Source: Desulfomonilia bacterium (GTDB lineage Bacteria > Desulfobacterota > Desulfomonilia > UBA1062). Taken from it: DNA of 64,000 nt. Both the position numbers and the translations under genes were made by a program. The number at the start of each line of letters is the position of its first letter. Position 1 is the first letter of the stretch. Of this stretch, positions 8,933-18,884 are shown in pieces. The notes under the pieces were generated by a model that saw only the letters and a list, made by a program, of their open reading frames with translations, ran no database searches and was not told the DNA's origin. Location: contig JBEKDT010000005.1 of assembly GCA_050014195.1 (NCBI GenBank), positions 1-64,000 of the forward strand, read 5' to 3'.

Positions 8933-9988
8933 CTACGAGATAACATTTTTGATGATCCCAGATGCAAGGACGATGCCCTTATCATACAGAACTATGGTCT
9001 GCCCCGGGGTGATGGCCTCCTGGGGTTTGTCGAAAATAACGGTCATAGCTTCGTTTTCCAGGGTTATTGTGCACGGTGCTGCGCTATGGGCATAGCGGAT
9101 CTTTCCGCATGCCTTTTCCGGGAGATCATCGACCAAGATGTTCAGGGAATCGGCAAGGAGCCCCTTCGCTGAAAGAAACTTTCTGTCTCCTACGACAATC
9201 CTGTTGAGATGAACATCCAGGGAGAGCACGTATTGGGGCCTGCCCGCGCTGATGCCCAGACCTGCTCGCTGACCTATGGTATAGAAAGATATCCCCTTGT
9301 GGCGGCCGATGACTTTACCTTTGCGGTCCACTATGTCACCCGGCAGTTCATCGATGCTCTCTTTGAGGAATTCGCCTACCCCCTTGACCGGGATAAAGCA
9401 GATATCCTGGCTGTCAGGCTTTGAAGAGACCGGCAGGTTCTCCCTCTTCGCCACAGCCCTGACCTGATCCTTGGTAAAGCCAGCCAGGGGAAAAACCACA
9501 TGCGTAAGGGATTGCCTGGAAATCCGGGACAGGAAATAGGTCTGATCCTTTCTGGAATCATTTGACACCTTAAGGAGGCAGCCCCCTTCCGACTTTTCCA
9601 CATCGGCATAGTGTCCGGTGGCGAGGAGATCGAACCCCATGGACAGGGCCTTTTCCAGGAGCGCACCAAATTTTATGCGCCTGTTGCATTCCACGCAGGG
9701 GTTCGGGGTCCTGCCTAAACGATATTCCCGTATAAAAGGTTCTATAACGAAGTTTTGGAGCTCGGGTGCGAAATCGAGCACATAATGGCTCATGGAAAGG
9801 GCCCGGCACACGGCCTTCGCATCTTCGATCTCACGAGGGCCGCAGCATTTTATCTTGCCCGTATCCTGTGATGCCACACCCAGGCACATGGTAACCCCCA
9901 CCACATCGTAACCCTTTTCTTTCAGGAGATACGCGGCAACGGCAGAGTCCACACCGCCGCTCAAGGCGACCATGACCCGCTCCTTCAT
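8933..9988 (-). CDS. mnmA: tRNA 2-thiouridine(34) synthase MnmA
   Basis: ALSGGVDS, TPNPCVECN, ATGHYA, KDQTYFL, DSQDICF, YTIGQR.GLG, AITPGQ. Confidence 0.93.
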   Translation of the reverse strand: MKERVMVALSGGVDSAVAAYLLKEKGYDVVGVTMCLGVASQDTGKIKCCGPREIEDAKAVCRALSMSHYVLDFAPELQNFVIEPFIREYRLGRTPNPCVECNRRIKFGALLEKALSMGFDLLATGHYADVEKSEGGCLLKVSNDSRKDQTYFLSRISRQSLTHVVFPLAGFTKDQVRAVAKRENLPVSSKPDSQDICFIPVKGVGEFLKESIDELPGDIVDRKGKVIGRHKGISFYTIGQRAGLGISAGRPQYVLSLDVHLNRIVVGDRKFLSAKGLLADSLNILVDDLPEKACGKIRYAHSAAPCTITLENEAMTVIFDKPQEAITPGQTIVLYDKGIVLASGIIKNVIS

Positions 9989-10028
9989 CGTTTGTTATTC
10001 CTTTTTCGCCTGCCTTTATGTCTGTGGA

Positions 10029-11105
10029 TCAATGGCCGTGTTCTTCGAATACCTTCTCTTCCTGCTGCTTGAGGCCTTTTTTTCTTCCGGGTTCATGATA
10101 ACCGACCAGGTAGGCAGCGAGGACATCCTGCGGCAACTTTCTGTTCACGATCAAAGTGGATTCTTCCCCTCCGATGATCTGTTTATGCAGGACATAACGG
10201 TCGCGCTCGTCCTTGGAATAGCGGGCAATCATCTCCCCGATCAGTTGTTCCTGGGATGGATTCGGGCAGTTTGAAGCAAGTGCCGTAGGCCCCGGGAAGT
10301 CAACCGGGTGGATGATGGTGGATCCGGGTTTTGCAAGACCCGTGATGCGGTCGTTCTCGGCCTCGTTCCTGCCCAGGACGATCTTCATTTCCGGGTGTAT
10401 CCGGAAGTGTCTGCCCACCTTCAAGAGGTGGATGTCCGACATCTCGAAATCAGGCATGGAGGTGAAGAGGTCACGCAGCCTGGATGCGATGACCGGGTCG
10501 GTAAGGAGGCACCCGCCTGCAGGACACGGGTAATCCTTTATGCCGAGTTTATCCGCAAGATTTATCTGGGGCTTACGAGATCTGCCTGCAAAGGAGAGGA
10601 GCTGCTCCCGGTCGACTATTCCCTGCTGCTCGGGGATGCTCGGCGGAAACAGGCCTGCTGAGAGAGGCCTCAGGATAAGGCCTGTAAGGCCGCTCTCCTT
10701 TTCGATGATGCGGATGGCCTCCCTGTGCTGGGACATGGGCCGCTGCCCGAGCACCTCGCCGGTGATGACAAAGGACGCACCCAGGCTATCCATCTGCTCC
10801 TTGACCTTCCTCAGCATATAGATACGGCAGTCGATGCATGCATTCATACCCCTTCCGTACCCATGGGGCGGATTCTTCACCATGGCCAGATAATCCATGC
10901 CCTTCGGAAGCACTTGGATCTCGACCCCCAGCTCTTCTGCAATGTGACGTGCCTGGTGCTTACACCCTGCACTCCGCGGGGTGCAGTTGCAGAATGGGCT
11001 GGTGAAGTTGACTGCGATCACCTCGATGCCCTGGTCGATCATGAGCTTGACCGCGAGCGAGCTGTCCAGACCGCCCGACAGGAGAGCAATGGCCTTCTTG
11101 TTCAT
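10029..11105 (-). CDS. ThiI/TrmU-like PP-loop tRNA sulfurtransferase family protein
   Basis: ALLSGGLDS, FCNC, MNACIDCR, TGEVLGQRPMSQ, GRSRKPQ, PAGGCLLT, KVGRHFR. No THUMP domain is apparent. Confidence 0.8.
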   Translation of the reverse strand: MNKKAIALLSGGLDSSLAVKLMIDQGIEVIAVNFTSPFCNCTPRSAGCKHQARHIAEELGVEIQVLPKGMDYLAMVKNPPHGYGRGMNACIDCRIYMLRKVKEQMDSLGASFVITGEVLGQRPMSQHREAIRIIEKESGLTGLILRPLSAGLFPPSIPEQQGIVDREQLLSFAGRSRKPQINLADKLGIKDYPCPAGGCLLTDPVIASRLRDLFTSMPDFEMSDIHLLKVGRHFRIHPEMKIVLGRNEAENDRITGLAKPGSTIIHPVDFPGPTALASNCPNPSQEQLIGEMIARYSKDERDRYVLHKQIIGGEESTLIVNRKLPQDVLAAYLVGYHEPGRKKGLKQQEEKVFEEHGH

Positions 11106-11324
11106 ACATACACCTCTCGATGAGCAGTATCTCTAGATGATCTACGACTTTTTTTCACATTGTTCCTTAAAGCGCCATGCCTTCGATGTGACATGCTGTT
11201 ATCATGAGGAGATCAGTAGTAATTATAGCGCTAAGGGGTAATTGTCAACGTGCAAAAGATGGAAACAGACCTTGATAATGTCTGCAGGTTGCATGTAGAG
11301 AAAAATAAAGAAAGGTTGGGGGCA

Positions 11325-11819
11325 ATGGAGAAACATAAGTTACCGAAAGGCACGATCCTCTCTGTCAATGTAAGCTCGGATAAAGGGCAGAAGAAACACA
11401 ACATCGGGAGGTGCCTACTCGTAGAAGGGTTCGGTGTGGAGGGCGATGCACACGCGGGCATGGAGATCCGCCAGGTGAGCCTCCTTGCCCGAGAGAGTAT
11501 CGAAAAGATACGAGCCAAGGGTCTCGATGTCCGGTACGGCGACTTTGCCGAGAACCTCACCACGGAAGGCATCATCCTCCACGAGCTGATAGTCGGAACA
11601 AGGTTTATGATCGGCAAGGGCGTTCTCCTTGAACTCACCCAGATCGGCAAGGTCTGCCATGACCGCTGTGCAATCTATGCCCAGGTCGGAGACTGTGTCA
11701 TGCCCCGGGAAGGTATCTTTGCAAAGGTCATCACCGGGGGAGAGGTGAAGGTAGGGGACACAATCAAGGTTGTTTCTCCGTTGCAGGATCATCCTCACAA
11801 CAAAAACAGAGGGAGGTAA
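11325..11819 (+). CDS. MOSC domain protein
   Basis: GDAHAG, RQVSLL, GDFAENLTT, TQIGKVCHDRC, GDCVMPREGIF. Confidence 0.88.
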   Translation: MEKHKLPKGTILSVNVSSDKGQKKHNIGRCLLVEGFGVEGDAHAGMEIRQVSLLARESIEKIRAKGLDVRYGDFAENLTTEGIILHELIVGTRFMIGKGVLLELTQIGKVCHDRCAIYAQVGDCVMPREGIFAKVITGGEVKVGDTIKVVSPLQDHPHNKNRGR

Positions 11820-11821
11820 TC

Positions 11822-12496
11822 ATGAGAAAATTTTCCGTGGTCTTGTTCGTATTCACATTCATCTTGACCCAGGGTGCCTTTGCCCAGTTTGGAGGCAAGG
11901 ACCAGCGGGGTCCCAAGTTCTATGGTGATTTCAAACCGGTTGTCGGCTCATGGGCCGAGTACCAGATGAAGGGTCAGAAGGAGGCCCCGTCCAAGATGAA
12001 GATTGCCATCGTGGGCAAGGAGGGGGATTCCTACTGGTATGAAACCGTGATGGAGGGCCAGGGACTAAATGTCATGAAAATGCTCGTATCCGGCGACCCG
12101 AACGAAAAGAAAGGCGTGCAGAGGATGATCATGAAGCACGGGAATGAGCAGGCCCTTGAGATGCCAGTCATGGCAGGCAAGCATCCTGACAAGGGCAAGC
12201 AGCAACCCAAAGGCAAAATGATCGACAAAGGCATGGAATCTGTTACCGTCCCTGCCGGCACCTTCTCGGCGCACCATATGCAGTATCAGGACGAAGGGAA
12301 GGTGGTGGACTCCTGGGTAAGTGAAAAGGTCCCGCCCTATGGTATGGTCAAGTCATCATCCAAGGATTTCGAGATGGTCCTTATAGGATACGGCACAGGC
12401 GCCAAGACCCTCATCACCGAGACACCCAAGAAGTTCGAGATGCCCAAGATGCCGCAGGGTATGCCTAAGGGCATGATGCCGCCCGGCAATGAGTAG
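11822..12496 (+). CDS. exported hypothetical protein (DUF3108-like beta-rich)
   Basis: Signal peptide ending AFA; ESVTVPAGTF motif; Met/Pro-rich tail. Starts 2 bp after the MOSC stop. Confidence 0.7.
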   Translation: MRKFSVVLFVFTFILTQGAFAQFGGKDQRGPKFYGDFKPVVGSWAEYQMKGQKEAPSKMKIAIVGKEGDSYWYETVMEGQGLNVMKMLVSGDPNEKKGVQRMIMKHGNEQALEMPVMAGKHPDKGKQQPKGKMIDKGMESVTVPAGTFSAHHMQYQDEGKVVDSWVSEKVPPYGMVKSSSKDFEMVLIGYGTGAKTLITETPKKFEMPKMPQGMPKGMMPPGNE

Positions 12497-12561
12497 GCAT
12501 TGACATATTCCAGGAGAGGATTTTAAGGTGGTCTTTAGCTTGTGACCACCTCCTCATGTTG

Positions 12562-13476
12562 TCAGTTCCTTGCCTTTAGATATTTTGCCTGGATGCTGCT
12601 CTTGATAAGAAAATCCGCCTGTGACCTTACAGGAAGCGTCTTCTTGAGCTCGGCAACAACGGCCTCGACATCGCTTGTCTTGGCGCACAGCTCCTTTGCC
12701 TTCTGGTCAAAGGCCAGGACGTATTGCTTCATCTCGGCGACATCTTTCTTTGTTGATACGGGTCCATGGCCCGGGATGATCTTCTCTATGCGCACGGTCA
12801 TGATGAAGTCCAGGGTCTTCACCCAGCCATTGATGTCACCATCGCCTAGAAACGGGTAGTAATCGGTAAACAGCACATCTCCTGAAAACAGGATCTTGTC
12901 CTGGGGGACAAAGACCAGGACACTGTCATCCGTGTGGGAAGGCGCCAGGAACAGCATATCCACATTTACACTGCCGAGATCGATTCGCATCATCTCAGGT
13001 GAAGTGATATCCGGATAGGTGATCTTTACGGCCTTTGCCTCTTCATCGCTCATGCCGTAGCTCTTGGCATTCTTGAGGACCTGCTGGACCGACTTCCTCA
13101 TATTTGCAGGGCAGCTTGACTGGGCAAGTATCGCAACACCAATCGCTGCAAACTCGGAATTGCCCAACGTGTGGTCAAAGTGATTATTCGTATCCACCAC
13201 GTAACGGATGGGTTTGTCCGATATCTTCCTGATGTCCTCGATGAACCGCCTGGCCGCTTTTGCCGACGCGAGGGTATCGACGACAAGGATACCCTTATCT
13301 CCTATAGCGATCCCGGCATTGGCCCCGAAGCTGTTGGCTGGTGAAGGGTTCTTGGTTCCTGCATATGCATAGACATGATCGGATATCTTCTCCAGGCCCT
13401 CAGAGGCATAAACGAGTCCGAAACAAAGAAACACATGGAGAATAGCGATCAGGCACAACACAGATTTCTTCATCAT
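12562..13476 (-). CDS. exported MBL-fold metallo-hydrolase
   Basis: Signal peptide, NNHFDH (HxHxDH variant), SHT, FSGD, IPGHG. Confidence 0.85.
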   Translation of the reverse strand: MMKKSVLCLIAILHVFLCFGLVYASEGLEKISDHVYAYAGTKNPSPANSFGANAGIAIGDKGILVVDTLASAKAARRFIEDIRKISDKPIRYVVDTNNHFDHTLGNSEFAAIGVAILAQSSCPANMRKSVQQVLKNAKSYGMSDEEAKAVKITYPDITSPEMMRIDLGSVNVDMLFLAPSHTDDSVLVFVPQDKILFSGDVLFTDYYPFLGDGDINGWVKTLDFIMTVRIEKIIPGHGPVSTKKDVAEMKQYVLAFDQKAKELCAKTSDVEAVVAELKKTLPVRSQADFLIKSSIQAKYLKARN

Positions 13477-13703
13477 TACCTCCTCTGATCAATCTCACCT
13501 TACCCGCAAGAAAATACGCTTCTTACGTATATAAGGCTCCGGGCCCACAATAAAAATACGACGGGTATGATCCGCTCCTCCTTATCTTTAATGAAGAGAA
13601 CATGCCCTCCTGTCAATAGAACACCTGACTCATGCTATCCATTAGTAAAAATGGATGCAGCCGTGCTCAATGGAATATTTGTGCCCTGCAATAAAAAAGT
13701 ATC

Positions 13704-13740
13704 TTGACATACTATTCTTTTTAATTGGATAATCCAATTA
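13704..13740 (+). promoter_or_regulatory. sigma70 promoter with overlapping FadR/PdhR-type palindromic operator
   Basis: TTGACA(13704)-N18-GATAAT(13728). Perfect palindrome TAATTGGAT-A-ATCCAATTA at 13722-13740. Confidence 0.75.
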
Positions 13741-14564
13741 TGAGCAAGATAATCCGTCATCCCATAACCGGCAACAATCCCCGGCAGGACCGTGAAAAAC
13801 CACTGCCAAGGCGGATCGCCGACCTCATCATCGCCCGCATCTTCATGAACGAGCTGAAACCGGGCGACAGGCTGCCGCCGGACCGTATGCTGGCCGAACA
13901 ACTCGGTGTGGACCGGACATCACTCCGTGCAGCCCTCAACGAGCTTGCCAGCAGGAACATCATCAGGGCCGTGCAGGGATCTGGCGTGGTTGTCCTTGAC
14001 TACCGCGAACATGCCGGCCTCGATTTTCTCGATGCCGTGTTCGGTATGAGCGATATCGACCTCGGGAGCGCATTCAATCTCGAGCTTCTCGACCACTGGA
14101 TCGAGGTCGTGCCGGCCATTTTGAAGCTGGCGCTCAGGCGTGCGACACCTGCCGACCTTGCCTCCATCGACAGCCTTTTCAGGCTTCAGCTCGATTCCAT
14201 GAAAAAGGGCATCGATTATAATGAACTGGCCGCCATCGAGGTGGAGATTCAGGATGAGATCGTCAATCTCGCCGGGAGCACTATCCTTAAGTTGTTCGCC
14301 AATTCCATGCGAAGGCTCAGGGTGCAGTTTGTGGCATCCTTCTTGAAGACCGTAGATATTCAAAAGCACATCCTTGCGCAGCGCACCATAATTCAGCTCA
14401 TGATGGCAGGCGGCACTACGCCTGATGAAAGCGCATCACGCTTCAAGATGTACCTGCATGAGGAGACGCGCGCTCATCGCGCGCGAATCGCCCGGATGCC
14501 CTCCAGCCCCAATCGCAGAGGAGAGCGCAAACTTTCGAGGACACCGGCAAACACGAGGAAGTGA
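13740..14564 (+). CDS. GntR/FadR-family transcriptional regulator
   Basis: LKPGDRLPPDRMLAEQLGVDRTSLRAAL...QGSG winged HTH plus an FCD-like C-terminal domain. Confidence 0.88.
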   Translation: MSKIIRHPITGNNPRQDREKPLPRRIADLIIARIFMNELKPGDRLPPDRMLAEQLGVDRTSLRAALNELASRNIIRAVQGSGVVVLDYREHAGLDFLDAVFGMSDIDLGSAFNLELLDHWIEVVPAILKLALRRATPADLASIDSLFRLQLDSMKKGIDYNELAAIEVEIQDEIVNLAGSTILKLFANSMRRLRVQFVASFLKTVDIQKHILAQRTIIQLMMAGGTTPDESASRFKMYLHEETRAHRARIARMPSSPNRRGERKLSRTPANTRK

Positions 14565-14578
14565 TAAGGGGGTGCACC

Positions 14579-15634
14579 ATGAAGGCAGTCAACCTCGCCG
14601 GTCCTAAAAGACTCGAAGTAATCGATGTGGGAAAGCCGGCCCCAGACGGCAAAGCGGCAATCATCAAGGTTACAAGTTGCGGCATATGCGGTTCCGACCT
14701 TCACTACTGGGAGGCCGGTATCGGGATGAACGGGCTGCCTGGCCTGGTTATGGGCCATGAGTTCGCAGGCGTCATCGAAGATACCGGCGGCAGGCAGGAC
14801 ATGAAAAGCGGGGACCGTGTCACGGCGATCCCGATCAATCCCTGCGGAGAATGTTCAGCGTGCAGGAAGGGCCTCGTTCAGATGTGTCTTGACGGTATGA
14901 AAAGGCCCGCTGTCGGCCAGAACAGCCCCGGCGCCTATGCGGAATATGTCTCCATACGCTCCGACATGGTGCGCAAGCTTCCGGACACAATAAACGACCT
15001 CGAAGCAGCCATGATCGAGCCTGCCGCCGTATGTCTCCATGCCGTGCGCAGGGCGGGCATAAAGGCAGGAGACAAGGTTCTGATCGTAGGCGGCGGTACC
15101 ATCGGCCTCATGAGCGCTGCCTGGGCACGCCTAAACGGCGCCTCCCGGATCTTCATGGCTGAAGTGAATGAGACAAGGGCTGCTATTGCAGAAAAACTCC
15201 ACGATGCGGATGAGATCGTTGACGGCAAAGATCCGAAAATAGGCTCAAAGATCAAGAAGGCTACTTCAGGCGGTGCCGACATAGCCGTTGACGCCTCGGC
15301 ATCCGAGTCCGGCATCAATTCCGCCCTGACGGCATTAAAGGCCACGGGAACCTTGGTCCTTGCAGGCATCAGCCTCATGCCCCAGCCGCTCATGACCCTT
15401 ACCATGACCTGCAAGGAGCTGACCGTAAAGGGGAGCTTCGGATACCGGATAGAGGATTTCGATCTCGCAACTGATTTTATCGCCCGAAAGGCGCTCAACG
15501 TCGGAAAGTACATCAGCAGGACTATTAGCCTAAAAGAAGTTCAGCAGGCCTTTGAGACCCTTCACTCAGGCACATCCGGTGATGTGAAGATAATCATAAG
15601 ACCCGGCCCCGGAAAAGAGGGAGGAAAATCATGA
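14579..15634 (+). CDS. zinc-dependent alcohol dehydrogenase (MDR family)
   Basis: CGICGSD, GHE, structural Zn site CGECSAC..C, GGGTIG. Confidence 0.9.
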   Translation: MKAVNLAGPKRLEVIDVGKPAPDGKAAIIKVTSCGICGSDLHYWEAGIGMNGLPGLVMGHEFAGVIEDTGGRQDMKSGDRVTAIPINPCGECSACRKGLVQMCLDGMKRPAVGQNSPGAYAEYVSIRSDMVRKLPDTINDLEAAMIEPAAVCLHAVRRAGIKAGDKVLIVGGGTIGLMSAAWARLNGASRIFMAEVNETRAAIAEKLHDADEIVDGKDPKIGSKIKKATSGGADIAVDASASESGINSALTALKATGTLVLAGISLMPQPLMTLTMTCKELTVKGSFGYRIEDFDLATDFIARKALNVGKYISRTISLKEVQQAFETLHSGTSGDVKIIIRPGPGKEGGKS

Positions 15635-17721
15635 GTTCGAAAACGCTTAAAAGCATCTGCTTTGAATGTCACTCCCGTTGCGGGGTCATACTCGAGGTAA
15701 CGAACCACAGGCTCACCGGGATCAAGGGCGATCCGGCCCACCCCCACAGCCACGGTTATATCTGCCCGAAAGGCAGGGCTGCTGCCGAGATGATCTACCA
15801 CCCGGACCGGATAACCCACCCGCTCATTAAGGTGGGCGGCAAGGAGAGCACCCGATTCGAAGAGACTTCGTGGGACAAGGCCCTTACTATAATCGCTGAG
15901 AATCTCCTCGGGGCAAAAGAAAAATGGGGGGCAGAGTCCGTGGTCTTCGGCACCGGCACCACCAGGGGCATGGCGCCCTACCTCAACCGGTTTCTCACCC
16001 TCTTCGGGTCGCCCAATTTCATGGCGCCTTCCAACATGAGCGGAGGCCCCATCGTGCTGGGCAGTGCGGCTACATGCGGCTTCGGCCTCGTGGACCCGGA
16101 TTATGCCGATAGCTCCTGCATCCTGCTGTGGGCCCACAACCCCGAGGCATCCTGGCCGGGGCTTTATCTGCACGATATCAACGAAGGCTTGAGAAAAGGG
16201 GCAAAACTCATCGTAGTAGACCCCAGGGGCACAAGGTTCGCCAAAAAGGCGGATCACTGGCTCAGGATAAGGCCCGGCACGGATGTGGCCCTTGCCCTTT
16301 GCTTCATCAACATCATTATTGATAAAGGCCTCTTTGATAAGGAGTTCGTGGAGAAATGGACATCCGGCTTCGACAGGTTGCGTGAGCATGTTGCCTCCTT
16401 TACCCCGAAACGCTGCGCCGAGATCACATGGCTATCACCTGAAGAGATCGAGGCTGCTGCCGTTACCTTCGGCAGTACGAGGCCTGCCTGCATCGGCCCC
16501 GGAATGGGCGGCGTGTGCCAGGCCAACGATGCATTCGACTTGACCAGGGCTCTCACCATCCTGTCAGCCATTACCGGCAATCTGGAAGCCAAAGGGGGCA
16601 ACCTCAACTGTGTGCCGCCCACAAAAAAACGCTCCTGCTATGGCCCTGACTATAGTGCATACAACAACCTGCCCAAAGCGCAGGCCGACAAGAAGCTGGG
16701 GTTGGGCCGGTTTCCCCTGATCGGCTACATCCCTATCCCCATCCCTCCCCAGGTCGTCTGGCCTGCCATTGAAAAGGGAGACCCCTATCCGGTAAAGGCA
16801 GCAGGCCTGTTTGCAAACAACAGCGTGTGCGCCTACCCTAACTCCATGCGGGTGAGGAATGCCCTGAGTTCGCTCGACTTCCTCTTTGCCGTGGACTACT
16901 ACCATACCCCCACTACCGAACTGGCGGACGTCATCCTGCCCCCGGCCCACTGGACGGAGCGGGACGAGATCGAAGACCTGCTCATGAAAAACCACGTATT
17001 CTGCCAGGTGAAGGCCATAGAGCCGGTACCCGAGTGCCGTGATGAGAAGCAGATACTCGTGGACCTCGCAAAAAAGATGAACCTTCAAGGCTACTGGGGC
17101 TCGGTACAGGAGACTTTGGACTACCGTCTCGAGCCCATCGGCATGACCTTCGAGGAGTTTAAAAAGGCCGGGTATTTCGCAACGCCCATCACCTATAAGG
17201 GCTACGAGAAGTTCGGCAAGTTCCGGACCCCTACGGGAAAGGTGGAGCTGTATGCAGAATACCTCACCATGATGGGCATATCGCCCCTGCCGGATTTTAG
17301 GGAGCCGGATGAAGGCCCGGTGAGCACCCCTGATCTCCTCAAAGAGTATCCGCTGATCCTCACCACGGGGGGAAGGAATCTCGTGTACTACCATTCCTCC
17401 CACCGCAACATAGCGTCATTGAAAAAACGCTCCCCGGACCCGGAACTCGACATCCACCCGGACACGGCCCGTATGCTCGGTGTCTCCGACGGCGAGTGGG
17501 TCTACCTGGCCTCCCCACGGGGCAGGGTGGAGATCAAGGCACGGTACAACAACGACATGCATTCCAAGGTCGTGCATTCGCCTCACGGCTACTGGTACGG
17601 TGTGAAGGACGGCTGGAAGCGTGTCAACATCAACATGATCACTGCCGATGAGCCGCTCTGCCCGGTCACGGGTTCTGTTCCCATCAAGGCCCTGCTCTGC
17701 CGGGTTGAGAAAATGAACTGA
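15631..17721 (+). CDS. molybdopterin (bis-MGD) oxidoreductase, acetylene-hydratase-like clade
   Basis: CFECHSRC...CPKG Fe-S site, LIVVDPR, IRPGTD, ADVILP, C-terminal MGD-binding domain. No Tat signal. ATGA overlap with the ADH gene. Confidence 0.88.
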   Translation: MSSKTLKSICFECHSRCGVILEVTNHRLTGIKGDPAHPHSHGYICPKGRAAAEMIYHPDRITHPLIKVGGKESTRFEETSWDKALTIIAENLLGAKEKWGAESVVFGTGTTRGMAPYLNRFLTLFGSPNFMAPSNMSGGPIVLGSAATCGFGLVDPDYADSSCILLWAHNPEASWPGLYLHDINEGLRKGAKLIVVDPRGTRFAKKADHWLRIRPGTDVALALCFINIIIDKGLFDKEFVEKWTSGFDRLREHVASFTPKRCAEITWLSPEEIEAAAVTFGSTRPACIGPGMGGVCQANDAFDLTRALTILSAITGNLEAKGGNLNCVPPTKKRSCYGPDYSAYNNLPKAQADKKLGLGRFPLIGYIPIPIPPQVVWPAIEKGDPYPVKAAGLFANNSVCAYPNSMRVRNALSSLDFLFAVDYYHTPTTELADVILPPAHWTERDEIEDLLMKNHVFCQVKAIEPVPECRDEKQILVDLAKKMNLQGYWGSVQETLDYRLEPIGMTFEEFKKAGYFATPITYKGYEKFGKFRTPTGKVELYAEYLTMMGISPLPDFREPDEGPVSTPDLLKEYPLILTTGGRNLVYYHSSHRNIASLKKRSPDPELDIHPDTARMLGVSDGEWVYLASPRGRVEIKARYNNDMHSKVVHSPHGYWYGVKDGWKRVNINMITADEPLCPVTGSVPIKALLCRVEKMN

Positions 17722-17739
17722 AGGAGAAGGAGAACAATC

Positions 17740-18762
17740 ATGCCTATACCCCGACAGCTTGCACCCTATTCGGCTAAGCTCGGTTTCCCCAAATCCGAGA
17801 CCATGGCCAAGATCTTAGCGATCCTCTATGATGACCCTGACAGCATAGCCGTGGCCGGGGCCATGCCGGGCTCTGTCCGGGAGATAGCGGCAAAGACCGG
17901 CTTGAACGAGCAACGGGTCAGGGATGTTGTAACCAGGCTTCTTCACAAGGGAGCCATCAGCCATGTCCTTAACAAGGGAGAATACTACCGCCTCTTTCCG
18001 GCCATGATCGAGCTGCGGGACGCCGTGGTGGTGTGCCCGGATTATACCCGGGAGTTCTTCGAACTGTGGGACAAACTCATCCGGGAGGAGATGCCCTTGC
18101 TGGTTCCCCTGTTCAAGGCGCTCAATCTCCCTCCCCTCTTGAGGGTGATCCCCATCGAAGAGGGCATAGAGAGCTCCTCCCAGGTTCTCGATGCCGACTC
18201 TGCCCGGACGCTCACAAAAAACGCGTCCCTCATTGTCGCCATCCCGTGCCCGTGCCGCACACACCAGAAACGGATCGGCCATTCCCCGGATTGCCGTGCC
18301 CCGAAGGATGTAAACCTCTGCCTCCAGATCAACGGCTTTGCAGAGTCGGCATTGGACCGCGGCGTGGGCGAGCGCCTGAGTACCGAAGAGGCATTGAGAC
18401 GGCTCGCTCTGGCTGAGGAAGCGGGGCTCGTGCATACAACCCGCAACAATATCAAGGATGACTATTTCCTGTGCAACTGCTGTCCCTGCTGCTGCACGGC
18501 CATGTTCCTCCACAACGAGGTGGGCTACACGGAATCGTATGCACCGTCGCGTTTCAGGGCCGTCTTGGATATTGAGAAGTGCCTCGGAACCGGGTGCGGC
18601 GTGTGCAAGATCAAGTGCTCGTTCAAGGCCATTAGCCTGGACGGGGCGGTTTCCATAGATTCAGCCAAGTGCTTCGGATGCGGCAACTGCGCCCATGCAT
18701 GCCCGGTGGAGGCCATAACCCTGGAAGAGGTGCGGCCACCGGAGTTCATCCGCAGGACATGA
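17740..18762 (+). CDS. 4Fe-4S dicluster / Cys-rich ferredoxin-domain protein
   Basis: CPC..C..C, CNCCPCCC, C-terminal CLGTGCGVCKIKC and CFGCGNCAHACP. Confidence 0.85.
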   Translation: MPIPRQLAPYSAKLGFPKSETMAKILAILYDDPDSIAVAGAMPGSVREIAAKTGLNEQRVRDVVTRLLHKGAISHVLNKGEYYRLFPAMIELRDAVVVCPDYTREFFELWDKLIREEMPLLVPLFKALNLPPLLRVIPIEEGIESSSQVLDADSARTLTKNASLIVAIPCPCRTHQKRIGHSPDCRAPKDVNLCLQINGFAESALDRGVGERLSTEEALRRLALAEEAGLVHTTRNNIKDDYFLCNCCPCCCTAMFLHNEVGYTESYAPSRFRAVLDIEKCLGTGCGVCKIKCSFKAISLDGAVSIDSAKCFGCGNCAHACPVEAITLEEVRPPEFIRRT

Positions 18763-18884
18763 ATAGGTTCCATGCCTTGGTTACCAAGTTTCCCTTCTTT
18801 CTAAGGAGGGTACCGGGGAGATTTGTTTCTATCAGGCAGGGTTCACTGATTAAAAATTTATGAATAATCCACAGGAGCTTGAAC

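Noticed and set aside
15631-17721. True acetylene hydratase
   Set aside because: The catalytic Asp and ligand Cys equivalents appear to be replaced by His and Ser.
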